Source of the DNA: Squalus acanthias
Lineage: Eukaryota
DNA: 64,000 nucleotides
Assembly (NCBI GenBank): GCA_030390025.1
Contig: CM059432.1
Location: 41,914,001 to 41,978,000 of the forward strand
Direction: 5' to 3'
Part shown: in pieces, positions 47,739 through 60,337 of the stretch
Layout of the letters: the number at the start of each line of letters is the position of its first letter
How positions within the stretch are numbered: the stretch's first letter is position 1
Made by a program: the position numbers and the translations under genes
The notes under the pieces: model-generated
The model's input: the letters and a program-made list of their open reading frames with translations, nothing else
Databases searched by the model: none
Told to the model about the DNA's origin: nothing

Positions 47739-47852
47739 CTCCATATCTGCATCTTCATCAATATTCTGTATATGCTGATATGCTTTGCTATAAACTTCCA
47801 AAGCTTTTGCATGGAATGCCATTTCAACTGTAATGAAGTCTCCAAAAATCTT
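47739..47852 (-). CDS. CIBAR1: CIBAR1/FAM92A internal exon, 114 nt (KIFGDFITVEMAFHAKALEVYSKAYQHIQNIDEDADME)
   Basis: ag/gtaagc boundaries, phase 0. Strong match to the FAM92 BAR-domain helix (human TIFSEFITIEMLFHGKALEVYTAAYQNIQNIDEDEDLE). Confidence 0.93.
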
Positions 47853-49269
47853 CTATTTTAAGTAAATAAAAAAGAACTTGAGAAATCATTTCACCAAAGA
47901 GAAGCATAGTTTGATGTATCAAAACAGATCTGCTATATGATGTTAAAACAATATCCCTGTTTTATAAAACAGAATTAAATTTTGTCTAATTCAAGTTGTC
48001 CCATAAAATGTGCAATAGACTTTCATACATAAAAACTATTTTAAAATTTTGGCATATATCTCAAACATTCAACATGTATAGCTGACAACAAGGCTAAATT
48101 TAAGTTAAATAAAATTAATGCATGGTGAGTTTCACAGACAATCCCAATTATATAACTTTATACAACATATGTGGCCCTGAACAGCGTATGATACATGTCA
48201 GTTATCTTACACCTGCAGAATATACAATTTATTCATATACAGTGAAACCTGGATCATCCGCATTCCCATTATCTGTAAGAATTGTTGCACGCAATGAGAT
48301 ACTAGCAGGATTTGGGACTGCCAAACATTTTTTTGTTTCAGAGCAAGGTCTGTAAAATTAACCTAACATGAATTACTTTTCCACAAACCAGTGGCAGTTC
48401 AAAGAGGAATCAAAATATAATGCTTATTAAATATTCAGGAAATTTTTAACAATAGCAATTCTATCGCCACAAATGTTCCGAAGCATTCTGCAGGAACAGT
48501 GCAAAAATGATTACTCACTCGTACTACCCAAATGAGCCACTGAAAGTCTTCCAATATAAATTAGAAACAAATAATCCTTCCAAGACCACATCTCAATAAT
48601 CACTTCATTCATTTACGTCTTGTTCAACTAAACAAACTGATGTCATTCTGAATATATCAAGAAGAATTGCATCCAAGCATTCTGAAGTACTAAACACTAC
48701 GCCAAAATCAAAAACTGCCCATCTGTTTATCCTTCACATTAACTTAAATATTGATGCTTATGGCATCAAAACAAAATATGCTCATTACACAACTTGTATT
48801 TAGATAAATCTAAGGGAGTAGAAATTACTTGACATAACTGTTTTACAGTAATGATCCTACGGCAACTATTTTGCTATTGGCTCATAAGGTGGGCAAGGTT
48901 GAGGTGAAATGCACTTTGGCTTTACCCACCAGTTCTTCATCAGTCAACTGATAAAGATATGCATTAGTTGACTCATTAGCATGGTTAGAAATGATTTACC
49001 TCACTGTATAGTAACTCTTGGTCCTACAGACAGAATTTTCAATAACTCTGGAAATGTAAAATTAATGGTCAGTCTTTCAGGGATGCAATGTCAGGCAAAA
49101 ATTTCACCACTTTTAAGGGAAAGGTGAGATTTCGAAAATTTGACGCAAATTTTTTAGAGCAGAATTAAGCAAAATACCATTTAAATAAAAAAAGCCACTA
49201 TAAAAGCATTTAAATTTAGTGCCAGCCAGCAGAAAAACTGAGCTACTTTTCAAATGGTATCCTAGTCCT

Positions 49270-51490
49270 TTTTATTATTCATTCATGGGATGTGGGTGTC
49301 ACTGGCAAGGCCAGCATATCGCCCATCCCTAATTGCCCTCGAGAAGGTGGTGATGAGCCACCTTCTTGAACCACCGCAGTCCGCGTGGTGAAAGTACTCC
49401 CAACAGTGCTGTTAGGGAAGGAGTTCCAGGATTCTGACCCAGCGACGATGAAGGGATGGCGATGTATTTCCAAGTCAGGATAATGTGTGGCTTGAAGGGG
49501 AACTTGCAGCTGGTGGTGTTCCCATGCGCCTGCTGCCCTTGTCCTTTTAGGTGTTAGAGGTCGTGGGTTTGGGAGGTGCTGTCGAAGAAGCCTTGGCGAG
49601 TTGCCACAGTGCATCTTGTAGATGGTACACGCTGCAGCCATGGTGCGCCGGTGGTGGAGGGAGTGAATGTTTAAGGTGGTGGATGGGATGCCAATCAAGC
49701 AGGCTGCTTTGTCCTGGATGGTGTCGAGCTTCTTCAGTGTTGTTGGAGCTGCACTCATCCAGGCAAGTGGAGAGTATTCCATCACACTCTTGACTTGTGC
49801 CTTGTAGATAATGGAAAGGCTTTAGGGAGTCAGGAGGTGAGACACTCACTGCAGAATACCCAGCCTCTGACTAGCTCTTGTAGCCACAGTATTTATGTGG
49901 CTGGTCCAGTTAAGTTTTCAGTCAATGGTGACCTCCAGGATGTTGATGGTGGGGGATTCAGCAATGGTAATCCCACTGAATGTCAAGGGGAGGTGGCTAG
50001 ACTTTCTTGTTGGAGATGGTCATTGCCTGGCACTTGTGCGGCGCGGTGTCACTTGCCACTTATCAGCCCAAGCTTGAATGTTGTCCAGGTCTTGCTGCCT
50101 CTGGGCATGGAATACTTCATTATCTGAAGAGTTGTGAATGGAACTGAACACTGTGCAATCATCAGCAAACATCCCCACTTCTGACCTTATGATGGAGGGA
50201 AGGTCATTGATAAAGCAGCTGAAGATGGTTGGGCCTGGGACACTGCCCTGAGAAACTCCTGCAGCGATGTCCTGGGGCTGAGATGGTTATCCTCCAACAA
50301 CCACAACCATCTTCCATTGTGCTAGATATGACTCCAGCCGATTCCCATTGACTTCAATTTTGCTAGGGCTCCTTGATGCCACACTCGGTCAAATGCTGCC
50401 TTTATGTCAAGGCCAGTCACTCACCTCACCTCTAGAATTCAACTCTTTTGTCCATGTTTAGATCTGGAGTGGAGTGGTCCTGGCAGAACCCAAACTGAGC
50501 ATCGGTGAGCAGCTTATTGGTGATTAAGTGCCATTTAATAGCACTGTCGATGACACCTTCCATCACTTTGCTGATGATTGAGAGTAGACTGATGGGGCGG
50601 TAATTGGCCGGATTAGATTTGTCCTGCTTTTTTTGGACAGGATATACCTGGGCTATTTTTCACTTTGTCGGGTAGATGCCAGTGTTGTAGCTGTATTGGA
50701 ACAGCTTGGCTAGAGGCACGGCTAGTTCTGGAGTACAAGTCTTCAGCACGACAGCCGGGATGTTGTCGGGGCCCACAGCCTTTGCTGCATCCTGTGCGCT
50801 CAGCCGTTTCTTGATATCACGTGGAGTGAATCTAATTGGCTGAAGACCGGCTTCTGTGATGGTGGGGACCTCAGGAGGAGGCCGAGATGGATCATGCACT
50901 CGGCACTTTTGGCTGAAGATGTTTGCAAACACTTCAGCCTTGTCTTTTGCACTCACGTGCTGGGCTCCGCCAATCTTTGAGGATGAGGATATTCATGGAG
51001 CCTCTTCCTCCCGTTAGTTGTTTAATTGTCCACCACCATTCACGAATGGATGTGGCAGGACTGCAGAGCTTTGATCTGATCGGTTGGTTGTGGGATCACT
51101 TAGGTCTGTCTATAGCATGCTGCTTCTGCTGTTTAGCATGCACGTAGTCCTGTTTTGTAGCTTCACCAGGTTGGCACCTCATTTTTAGGTACGCCTGGTG
51201 CTGCTCCTGGCATGCTCTTCTACACTCCTGATTGAACCAGGGTTGTTCCCCTGGCTTGATGTTAATGGTAGAGTGAGTGATATGCCAGGCCATGAGGTTA
51301 CAGATTGTGGTGGAATAAAATTCTGCTGCTGATGATGACCCACAGCGCCTCATGGATGCCCAGTTTTGAGCTACAGCTGTTCTGAATCTATCCCATTTAG
51401 CACGGTGGTAGTGCCACACAACATGATGGAGGGTGTCCTCTGTGTGAAGACGGGACTTCGTCTCCACAAGGACAGTGTGGTGGACCACAG
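49270..51490 (-). mobile_element. 5'-truncated copy of the SINE-headed LINE family
   Basis: HTVLVETKSRLHTEDTLH...; GPDNIPAVVLKTC; EYSPLAWMSAAPTTLKKLD; 3' tail. Confidence 0.9.
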
Positions 51491-51684
51491 TGTAAGAAGT
51501 GAAATTATGATTTAGGGACTATGTTTAGTGTGAAAGTGAGTGACGTCTTAATTATTTTGTATATTGAGGAGAGTAGAGAAATGTATTATTCACTATTTTA
51601 CCCCATTTACTGTTCATTCAGCTGTCTTCTGTAAATAAAACTATTTGTTGGTTCAGAGCCTAACACACAGTCTGATCAGATTAT

Positions 51685-52439
51685 GGGCCGAATTTTCCCC
51701 TCAGCAGCGAACGAACAGAGCCAGCCGTTCATTACACTTGCACTTGCCCACAGACATTCCATGGGATTTTGCACTGGAATTTACTGTAGAGAAATTTTGG
51801 CACAGTGCCCTCTACAGGGGATCTGGGACCTGTGTGAACAGGACAAGCAACTGTGCATCTCCTTAACCAATCAGATTGCAGAACCATTAAAGAGCAGTGC
51901 AGAGTCTGAACCAGAATGTGTCAGTTACAATATTTAATTCAATGTTAAATGTCAGGTTCAGAAAGCAAAATAAAGAGAAGGAAAGAAAGTTGGGATTAAA
52001 AGAGAGGATAAGAGAGACAGAAAGAAAAAGTAAACAAATTTTTTTTTACTTTTTTTAAAATCTCCAACAATAAATTAAAATCTGAGGGAATGAGACTCCA
52101 GGCTTGTAAAGGTTAATTTTCAGTGCCAGCAAGGTTGTTTGGCAGTAATTAAGACTTATTAAAAATGTACTTACCGTGGAATGGACAAGCCCCAACTTTT
52201 TCTGGCGAGTTTAGTGGGTATATAACTACAGAACTACAGCAACTTCACTACATTCCATGTATTTAAATGCCTAGTCTCTTGGCGAGATGCTGTTTTCGCG
52301 CAGCTTCTGGAGGAGCAAGGCAATTCAGACAGCAACTTCCTGATTTCCACGTTAAACTGCGCATGTGTGCTGTCCGATTTATTCTTTAATAACAGTGAAC
52401 AGTTAGCCTCATCGTTATTTCTACAGCAAAATCCGGCCC
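51685..52439. mobile_element. Harbinger-type MITE
   Basis: TIRs gggccgaatttt / aaaatccggccc. TSD not clean. Confidence 0.6.
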
Positions 52440-52734
52440 ATTATATTCAGTCCATTTTTCTAAGAGACGAGAATCACATGGTAGCACATGATACATTACA
52501 GAAGCTAGTGTACAGAGTTAGAGTTCTCTGTTCTGATCATTGGATTTACAATCACTTATCCATTCAAGATTAGATACTTTTTGGGCATCAAACTCAACAA
52601 ATGAGAACTATCCAGATTGTGTTAAAAATTAGTGCAAAATGTTTCTTCTTCCTCCCCTTTAAGTCAGAATATCTTGACCTCTGACTAGTCTGGCTGAAAT
52701 AGATACAGATGAAATTTCCAATATCAAAGACAAG

Positions 52735-53485
52735 GGCCCGTATTTTCCGATCGGAGGCTTCCTCCGTGCGGAGCCCTCCGATCTGGAAAAAATCTATGAA
52801 CTTACCCGAGGGCTCCCGAGGTGCATATACTTCCGCTCCTGGGCCTCTCCAAACTCGAAATGCACAGGGCCCACGTATCCCAGAGGCGCATGCAGTTCGC
52901 AAGCGTCCCTGTGATCACGTGGGCCATAGGGAGCCAATAGGAGAAGGGAATCTAATCTCCCTTCATACACTTGACAGATAGACCTGTCAAATATATGAAT
53001 GGAGATCACCCCAAAAACACAGTAAAACATTAAATACATTTTTAAAAACCATCACATTTTTAAAATGAGTTGAAATTACAATAAATTAAATATTTTAAAC
53101 AAAAATTTAATTTTTTGAAAAAAATAATTGAAGTTTTCTACGGGGCTAAAAATAAACTTACCTTTTTTAAAAAGTATTTTTAAATAAATGAGTGAATTTT
53201 TTAAAAAACTTTTTTTCAACTCTTATGCTGGGTAAAAGCAGGCCTTACGCCTGCTTTTACCAGGCGTAAGATTTCTAAGGGTTTTCTGCGGGCGGAGGTT
53301 CTCCAGAAAGCAGAACTATCCGCCTGCAGAGGCCCTTCTCTAAGGCAGGTGTCCAAGCTGTCAAGAGCATTCTTAACAGATCGGAAATACCGGTTTTCAG
53401 CGCAAGCCTGAAACCGGCATTTACGATGTCCCTACGGGTGTGTACACAGCTCGTACACACCCATAGGCATCGGAATATACGGCCC
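52735..53485. mobile_element. Harbinger-type MITE
   Basis: TIRs ggcccgtattttccgat / atcggaatatacggccc, with a 3-bp AAG duplication. Confidence 0.75.
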
Positions 53486-54029
53486 AAGGCTGTTGGGTCA
53501 GAACAATTAACATAAAAGCTATGTTTTGAGTAGGTGCATTGAGGTAAATCCTTCATAATGCAGAAGCTTACCAACAGTGGGTGTGGCATCTTCATGCAAG
53601 GATTTTTTTTTTGTCTGAGAATATTAGCAGTGGTCAAAATTTGATTTAAGCAAATAATCTCGAAGAAAGTAAACAAGAAAGTGTCCCAAGGCGATTCACA
53701 CAGGAATAAGAAAAAAATGGATGTTGAGCCAAAGGAGATGTTACCAAAAGCTTTATCAAAGAGGTGGGATTTAAAGAGGATCATAAAGGAAGGGAGGGTT
53801 TTGGAGAGACAGTGGAATTTAGGGACGGAATGCCAGTAGGGGGCTTAAGAGGCTGATGGCATGGTCACCAATGGTGGGGCAAAGGGAGGAGGGGGAAGGC
53901 ATAAGAGGTCAAAGTCAGAGCAATACAGTTTTGGGGAAGGATGATTGTAGGACTGGACGAAGTTAAAAAGATAAGGAGGGACAAGGCTATACAGGAATTT
54001 AAACACAAGGATGAGAATTTTACATTTTG

Positions 54030-55857
54030 ACCCCTCTGTCCTTGCAAACTACTGCCCCATCTCCAATCTTCCTTTCCTCTCCAAAGTCCTTTAACGTGTC
54101 GTCACCTCCCAAATCCATGCTCATCTTTTCCGCAACTCCACGTTTAAGTCCCTCCAATCAGGTTTCCGCCCCTGCCACAGTACTCAAACAGCCCATATCA
54201 AAGTCACAAATGGCATCCTAATGTGACCATTACCATGGTAAACTATCCCTCCTCATCCTTCTTGACCTGTCTGCAGCCTTTGACACGATTAACCACACCA
54301 TCCTCCTCCAAAACCTCGCCACCGTCGTCCAGCTGGGTGGGACTGCCCTCGCCTAGTTCCATTCTTACCTATCCAGAGTAGCCAGAGAATCACTTGCAAT
54401 GGCTTCTCTTCCCGCTCCCGCACCGTTACCTCTGATGTCCCCCAAGGATCTATCCTTAGCCCCCTCCTATTTCGCAACTACATGCTGCCCCTCGGCGATA
54501 TCATCCGAAAACACATCAGATTCCACATGTATACTGACAACATCCAGCTCTAACTCACCACCATCTCTCTTGAACCCTCCACTGTCTCCAATTTGTCACA
54601 TGGCTTGTCCAACATCCAGTACTGGATGAGCAGATATTTTCTCCAACTAAATATTGGGAAGACCGAAGCCATTGCCTTTGGTCCCCGCCACAAACTCTGT
54701 TCCCGACTCCATTCCTCTCCCTGGCAACTATATGCAGCTGAACCAGAATGTTTGCAACCAGGGGGGGAAAAATTCAGCTGCTTGCGCCTCCCGTTAGCGC
54801 CTTAAGAGGGCGCTAATGGGGCGTAAAGCAGCTAACGCCCGGGCGCAGCGCCGCCCACGCCTCCCGAAAAATTCAGCGGGAGGTTAGCGGCGGCGCCAGC
54901 CAGTAGCGCCCTGTGGCGCTGCGCCGCCGGCGATGACGTCATCGCCGTGCGCAGCACCCCGCTCGCGCTCCAGCCGCGATCTTCAGTCGCGCCCCCTGAT
55001 TTACCGCCAGACGCTATGTCCGACGGGTTCAGGGAGGCGTACGTGCGGCCGGGGCGGCGATATTTAAAGGGGAGGTGGCAGGCGGCCATTTTTGTTGCTG
55101 GCCGCCTGCCAGCACCTGCCCCCGTTGCTGTCCCCGGCCCCCGTGAAGCCCCCCCACCGTGAAGTGCCGGCTGCGCTCCAAGAGCCCGGCACTTCTCTTG
55201 AGTGCCGGGCTCTTTTGCCGGCACTCCCGATCCCTGGGGGCCCAGCTGGGCCCCGGTTCGCGCTGCGCAGGGTCCCTCCCCTTTAAGAAGGGGAGGAAGG
55301 CCTGCAATACCGCGGTGCGACGTGCCGCAGCGCCACGTAGCGCCAGGATATTCCCTCGCAGCGCCCCAAGAGGGATGCGGGGTGCTTCCAGTGGCGCCCC
55401 GCTTCCCTCTTGGGGCGCAACCACTGAAGTTCCGGCGCGGGGCCGCTAATTTTTTCGGGGCGCTAAAAGTAGCGCCCCGGCGAGGTTAGCGCCCCAAATG
55501 GGGCGCGACTCAATTTTTACCCCAGGGTGTCATATGACCCCAAGATGAGCTTCCGACAACATATCTACTCCATCACCAAGACCGCCTACTTCTACCTCCA
55601 TAACATTGCCCAACTCCATCCCTGCCTCAGTTCATCTGCTGCTGAAACCCTCATCTATGCCTTTGTTTCCTCTAGACTTGACTATTCCATTGCTCTCCTG
55701 GCCGGCCTTAAAACCTACCTCTTTAACCAAACATTTGGTCATTTATCCTAATACCTCCTTATATGGCTCGGTGTCAAATTTTGTTTGATAATGCTCCTGT
55801 GAAGCACCTTGGGATGCTTTACTACGTTAAAGGTGCTACATAAATGCAAGTGGTTGT
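54030..55857 (+). mobile_element. L2 LINE RT to 3' end, interrupted by a GC-rich MITE
   Basis: LLILLDLSAAFDTINH, PQGSILSPLLF, LQLNIGKTEAI; resumes at 55524 with SRLDYS and the L2 tail. Confidence 0.85.
54763..55523. mobile_element. Young, CpG-rich Harbinger-type MITE
   Basis: TIRs gggggaaaaattcag / ctcaatttttacccc, AGG TSD, and recurrent ttagcgcc/ggcgctaa subterminal motifs. Confidence 0.85.
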
Positions 55858-55859
55858 TT

Positions 55860-56780
55860 TTGATGGGATGGGAGACCAGACCCAACATCAGTAACTGAGA
55901 ACTTGGTGAGGGTCAGGGTTTTAGATGAGCTGAAGTTTACAGAGATTGCCCAGGAGATTACTGGAGTAATTGAGTCTGAAGGTTTGACCTGGGAGGAGAA
56001 TGGAGTTGGTGGCCAGGGTACAGAGTTTGTAATGGGTGCTGTAGGGGACGGCATGGTAAACCTTGTCAAAGACAAGAGAGAGGTCGAGCAGGACAAGGAG
56101 CGATAATGCACCACGGTCACAGTCATCGAGAATGCCATTCATGATACTGTGTAGGGCTGTTTTGGTGCTATGAGAGGGGGTGAAATCTGATTGGAGGGAT
56201 TTAAATGGAGTTACGGGATAGAGGGGCACAAACCAGTGAGAAAACAATGTATTCAAGGACTTTGATTAGGAAAGGGAGCTTGGACAGTAATTTGCTTGGA
56301 CAGAGTGGTCAAGGATGCTTTTTTTTTTTAAAATAAAAGGAGGAAAAGGAACAATTTGCAATGTCAACTAGCATGGGGGACAGGAAGGGAAGTTGAGTGG
56401 TCAGATGTTTAATGTGAATGAGGTTAGGGGTGGAAGGTGCAAGTCTCATGGACGAGACGAGCTTGGATGGGTGGAAGCAGAGATGGTTGAGAAACTAGAG
56501 AGTCGGGGGTTCAGGGCTAGCGTAGGAGGAAAATGGTGGGATTAACGTTTGGCGCGCAGGGAGAGGCAGTTGAACGAATGGTCTCTACTTTAGTGACAAA
56601 AAAATCTATGAGCTCCTCCCACTTGTTAGAGATGAGGGTTGAGGAGGTAAAGGATAGGAGTTTAAAGAGGCATCTGGTAGTGGAGAAAATTAGTCTGGTG
56701 TTATCTTTACCCTCGAGGATTATCCTGGAGAAGTGGGCGGTTTTAGCAAGGGAGAGTGCGGTTCAGTAAAGCTTAATGTG
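55860..56780 (-). mobile_element. Old L2 fragments
   Basis: QSDFTPSHSTKTAL...LLVLLDLSLVFDKVYH on the minus strand. Confidence 0.65.
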
Positions 56781-57008
56781 TTTAACATTTATTGCAGTTA
56801 TTCTGGCATTGACTGGTACATGCCAGAAATTACCTACCGAGAACAGGACCTCTTATGCAGTGGAGATGATGATCAGTTATCATTCAGGATATGTATTTCT
56901 TAAAGAGTCAATGTCCTAGGATTTCCCCTTTACGATAGTGATCTAAATCCTTATTGTTTGTGGAGGATGAACAAACGAGGAAGAATTATTTTTATATGCT
57001 ACATTTAC

Positions 57009-57113
57009 CTTAATATCTTTAATTTTCTCTTCTTGAAAATCATCAATGGTTTCTTCCAGCTGTCGCGAAATTCGAGTGGCATCCATTGTGACCCTCTGTA
57101 ATTCAGTCTCGGC
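57009..57113 (-). CDS. CIBAR1: CIBAR1/FAM92A internal exon, 105 nt (AETELQRVTMDATRISRQLEETIDDFQEEKIKDIK)
   Basis: cttctctgacag acceptor, AAG|gtaaat donor. Matches human [35 protein letters not shown]. Confidence 0.93.
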
Positions 57114-57224
57114 CTGTCAGAGAAGAGCAACTCATAAACTGAAATATTTTAGTAAATTAATAACTTGTTTTGCATAATACATTCAATTTGAATAGATTCT
57201 AGAATGGAAGTTTATAACAGTAAA

Positions 57225-57760
57225 CATACATAGAAACACAGAAGATAGGAGCAGGAGTAGGCCATTCGGCCCCTCGAGCCTGCTCCGCCATTCGATGAGA
57301 TCATGGCTGATCATCCAAATTCAGTACCCTGTCCCTGCCTTCTCCCCATATCCCTTGATACCTTTAGCTTTAAGAAATATATCTAACTCATTCTTGAATA
57401 TATTTAATGACTTGGCCTCAACTACCTACTGTGGTAGATAATTCCACAGGTTCACCACTCTCTGGGTGAAGAAATTCTTCCTCATTTCTGTTCTAAATGG
57501 CTTACCCCTTATCCTTAGATTATGACCCCTGGTTCTGGACTCTCCGACCATCGGGAACATTCTTCCTGCATCTAGTTTGTCCAGACCTGTCAGAATTTTA
57601 TATGTTTCGATGAGATCCCCTCTCATTCTTCTATACTCCAGCGAGTATAAGCCCAATCGACCCAATCTCTCCTCATATGTCATTCCTGCCATCCCAGGTA
57701 TCAGCCTTGTGAATCTTCGCTGAACTCCTTCCATGGCAAGAACATCCTTCCTCAGATAAG
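57225..57760 (-). mobile_element. CR1 3' fragment
   Basis: EGVQRRFTRLIPGMAGMTYEERLGRLGLYSLEYRRMRGDLIETYKIL...LWNYLPQ plus tail. Confidence 0.9.
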
Positions 57761-58349
57761 GACATCCTTCCTCAGATAAAGTTAATAATTACCCTAGAAT
57801 ACCAGCAGACTTGCAATTTAAACTTGTATGTACCCAGAAAGCATTAAGATTTAAGTGCTGGATCTTTTGGAAGGGATGAGGAGATGTATTTAAAGTAAAT
57901 ACATAAACTCTTAAGATAGTGCAGGAAACCATGCCATTCAAATCTTTCTACAAAAGTCCCAAAACCGCAGTCTAATCTGCAGATATTTATTGACATCAAG
58001 TAAACCTAATCTTAGATAATGGGCAACACAAAACAAGTTCTTTTATAGATGCTGTCCTTCATTGAATTAGGATTTTGGCATGATTGCTTTATTAAGTCTG
58101 TAAGTAACGCATGAGCCCCAATTCTGGAGTAAGCAGAATCTGGCCGACTCCACTGGATACCTGATTCTATTCATTTCATCTAGCTCACAACACAGTAAAA
58201 ATGTGCACAGGAAGATGAGTACAAAGTCTATTTTTGTAATTGAGGAAGTTTAATGCTTAATTTACACAGTAATTACTGTTCTTTCCAGTTTGTCAAATTA
58301 TCAAAAGAATGAAATAGCAGTACTGAGGAACAGAATATTCTTTCAGTTA

Positions 58350-58620
58350 TACATAAATTAGATGCAGAGTAACGCTTCCTCTACACAGCTATAACAATAC
58401 CTTGGTCCAAATCTAGTTAACACCCAACAGCACGCTAGTGTGATTTATTTATATCCTACACCAGACATTTTTATGGCCTCCTGGAAATAAATTTCTGAGT
58501 TATGTGCTGCAAAATGATGGACTGAGACCAATCAAGGATATGTCACTTAGGACTCTTAGACCTCATATCTTCAGTCTGGCCTGGAATCAAACCTTGGACC
58601 CGCAGGTGAAAGGACAGTGT
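58350..58620 (-). mobile_element. Ancient SINE, possibly LF-SINE-related
   Basis: Minus strand reads cactgtcctttcacctgcgggtccaaggtttgattccaggcc...ttggtctcagtcca..., resembling the LF-SINE head and body as recalled. Confidence 0.35.
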
Positions 58621-58788
58621 TCGATTCCTCATTTCTTTACAAAATGGATTTCATCCTTCATGTGAGTATTCACTTCAGATTTGCTGGTGACCGCATAATT
58701 TGTAATTTCATAAATTTTAAGAGGCTATAATTTCTCTGCAATACAATTGAAATTCCACATGAATTGCAGTTGATAGTCAGTCACAAAC

Positions 58789-58794
58789 CTGTGT
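58789..58794 (-). CDS. CIBAR1: Candidate 6-nt microexon of CIBAR1 (ACACAG = Thr-Gln)
   Basis: aaacag|ACACAG|gtttgt, upstream of the AETEL exon. The human protein has SQ immediately before AETEL. Confidence 0.45.
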
Positions 58795-59234
58795 CTGTTT
58801 GATTGTCAAGGAACTCATTTTCTCAAAGTTCTTATTAACAGTATTTCAAGACATCAATGCCAGAGTTCCAGTGGAATGGGACTTCCGACTCCAGCCCCCC
58901 ACCAACCCATTTTCCTGAGTCGAGGTAATTTCATATGCATGGTGTGTTTCCGGTGGAATTCCTACTGCCAAGAGGAAACCTGCCAGTGCAAAGAGCACAA
59001 AATCCTGACAGTGCTGCAGCGAGGATGCCATTGCAGAATCAGAAGAGGTGGCAAGGAAGCTTAAAGGGGCATAAGTGCACCAAAGATTGCATCAAGACTC
59101 CCACCGAAGGCCTTGGCCTAGACCGAGGCATTCAGCAGGTAGTTCTAGGCCTGATTTGGAGGGAGAGGACGCCACTACAAGGCCCTGTTATAATTCTAGT
59201 GAATCTGCGCTGCACCTACTCCAAGGCCAATATA

Positions 59235-60125
59235 TCAACAACAACTTGCATTTATACAGCACCTTTAACATAGTAAAACATCCCAAGGTGCTTCACAGGA
59301 GCATTATCACACAAAATTTGACACAGATCCACCCACATAAGGAGATATTAAGTTAAATAACAAAAAGCTTGGACAAAGAGGTAGGTTTTAAGGAGTTCTT
59401 AAAGGAGGAAAGAGGGGTAGAGAGGCGGAGAGGTTTAGGGAGGGAATTCCAGAGATAAGGGCCTCGGCAGCTGAAGGCACTGCGCCAATGGTGGAGCGAT
59501 TAAAATTGGGGATGCGCAAGAGGCCAGAATTGGAGGAGCGCAGATATCTCGGAGGGTTGTAGGGCTGGAGGAGGTTACAGAGATAGGGAGCGGCAAGGCC
59601 ATGGAGGGAATTAAAAACAAGGATTAGAATTTTAAAATCGAGGCATTGTTCAAACGGGAGTCAATGTAGGTCAGCGAGCATAGGGGTGATGGGTGAATGG
59701 AACTTGGTGTGAGTTAGGATACAGGCACCAGAGTTTTGGATGAGCTCAAGTTTATGGAGGGTGGAAGAAGGGAGGCTGGCCAGGAGTGCGTTGGAATAGT
59801 CAAGTCTAGAGATAACAAAGGTACGCATGAGGGCTCCAGCAGCAGATGAGCTGAGGCAGGCATTGAGTTGGGTAATATTTCGGAGGTGAAAGTAGGCGGT
59901 CTTAGTGAATGAGTGGATATGTGGTCGGAATTTCATCTCATGGTCAAATACAACACCCAGGTTGCGAAGTGTGGTTCAGCCTCAGACAGTTGCCAGGAAG
60001 AGGGATGCAGCCGGTGGATAGGGAACGGAGTTTGTGGCAGGGACCGAAGACAATGGCTTCGATCTTCCCAATATTTAGTTGGAGGAAATTTCTGCTCATC
60101 TAGTACTTGATGTCGGACAAGCAGA
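59235..60125 (-). mobile_element. L2 LINE 3' portion
   Basis: KTAYFHLRNI...ISRLDYSNALLASLP...ITPMLADLH and tail ataaatgcaagttgttgttg. Confidence 0.9.
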
Positions 60126-60337
60126 AATTTCTGTGTGTTACTTCAACCCATAACATCACCTGTCTCCTCCTTTCTGATATGGTATCTAACCTGGTTTACA
60201 AAATGCTCAGAGGGTCCACTGAATACCTGGATATTTTTAAAGTTGGGCACTTTTTAAACCTACAAAATGCCAATTTAAATGTTTGAAGAGCAGGGATTAT
60301 TCCCCCACCCCGCTCTCAAACATTTAGAGGGTGAAAC

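Noticed and set aside
54832..55489. Several overlapping 64-131 aa ORFs
   Set aside because: They are by-products of a GC-rich MITE with few stop codons and contain no recognisable domains.
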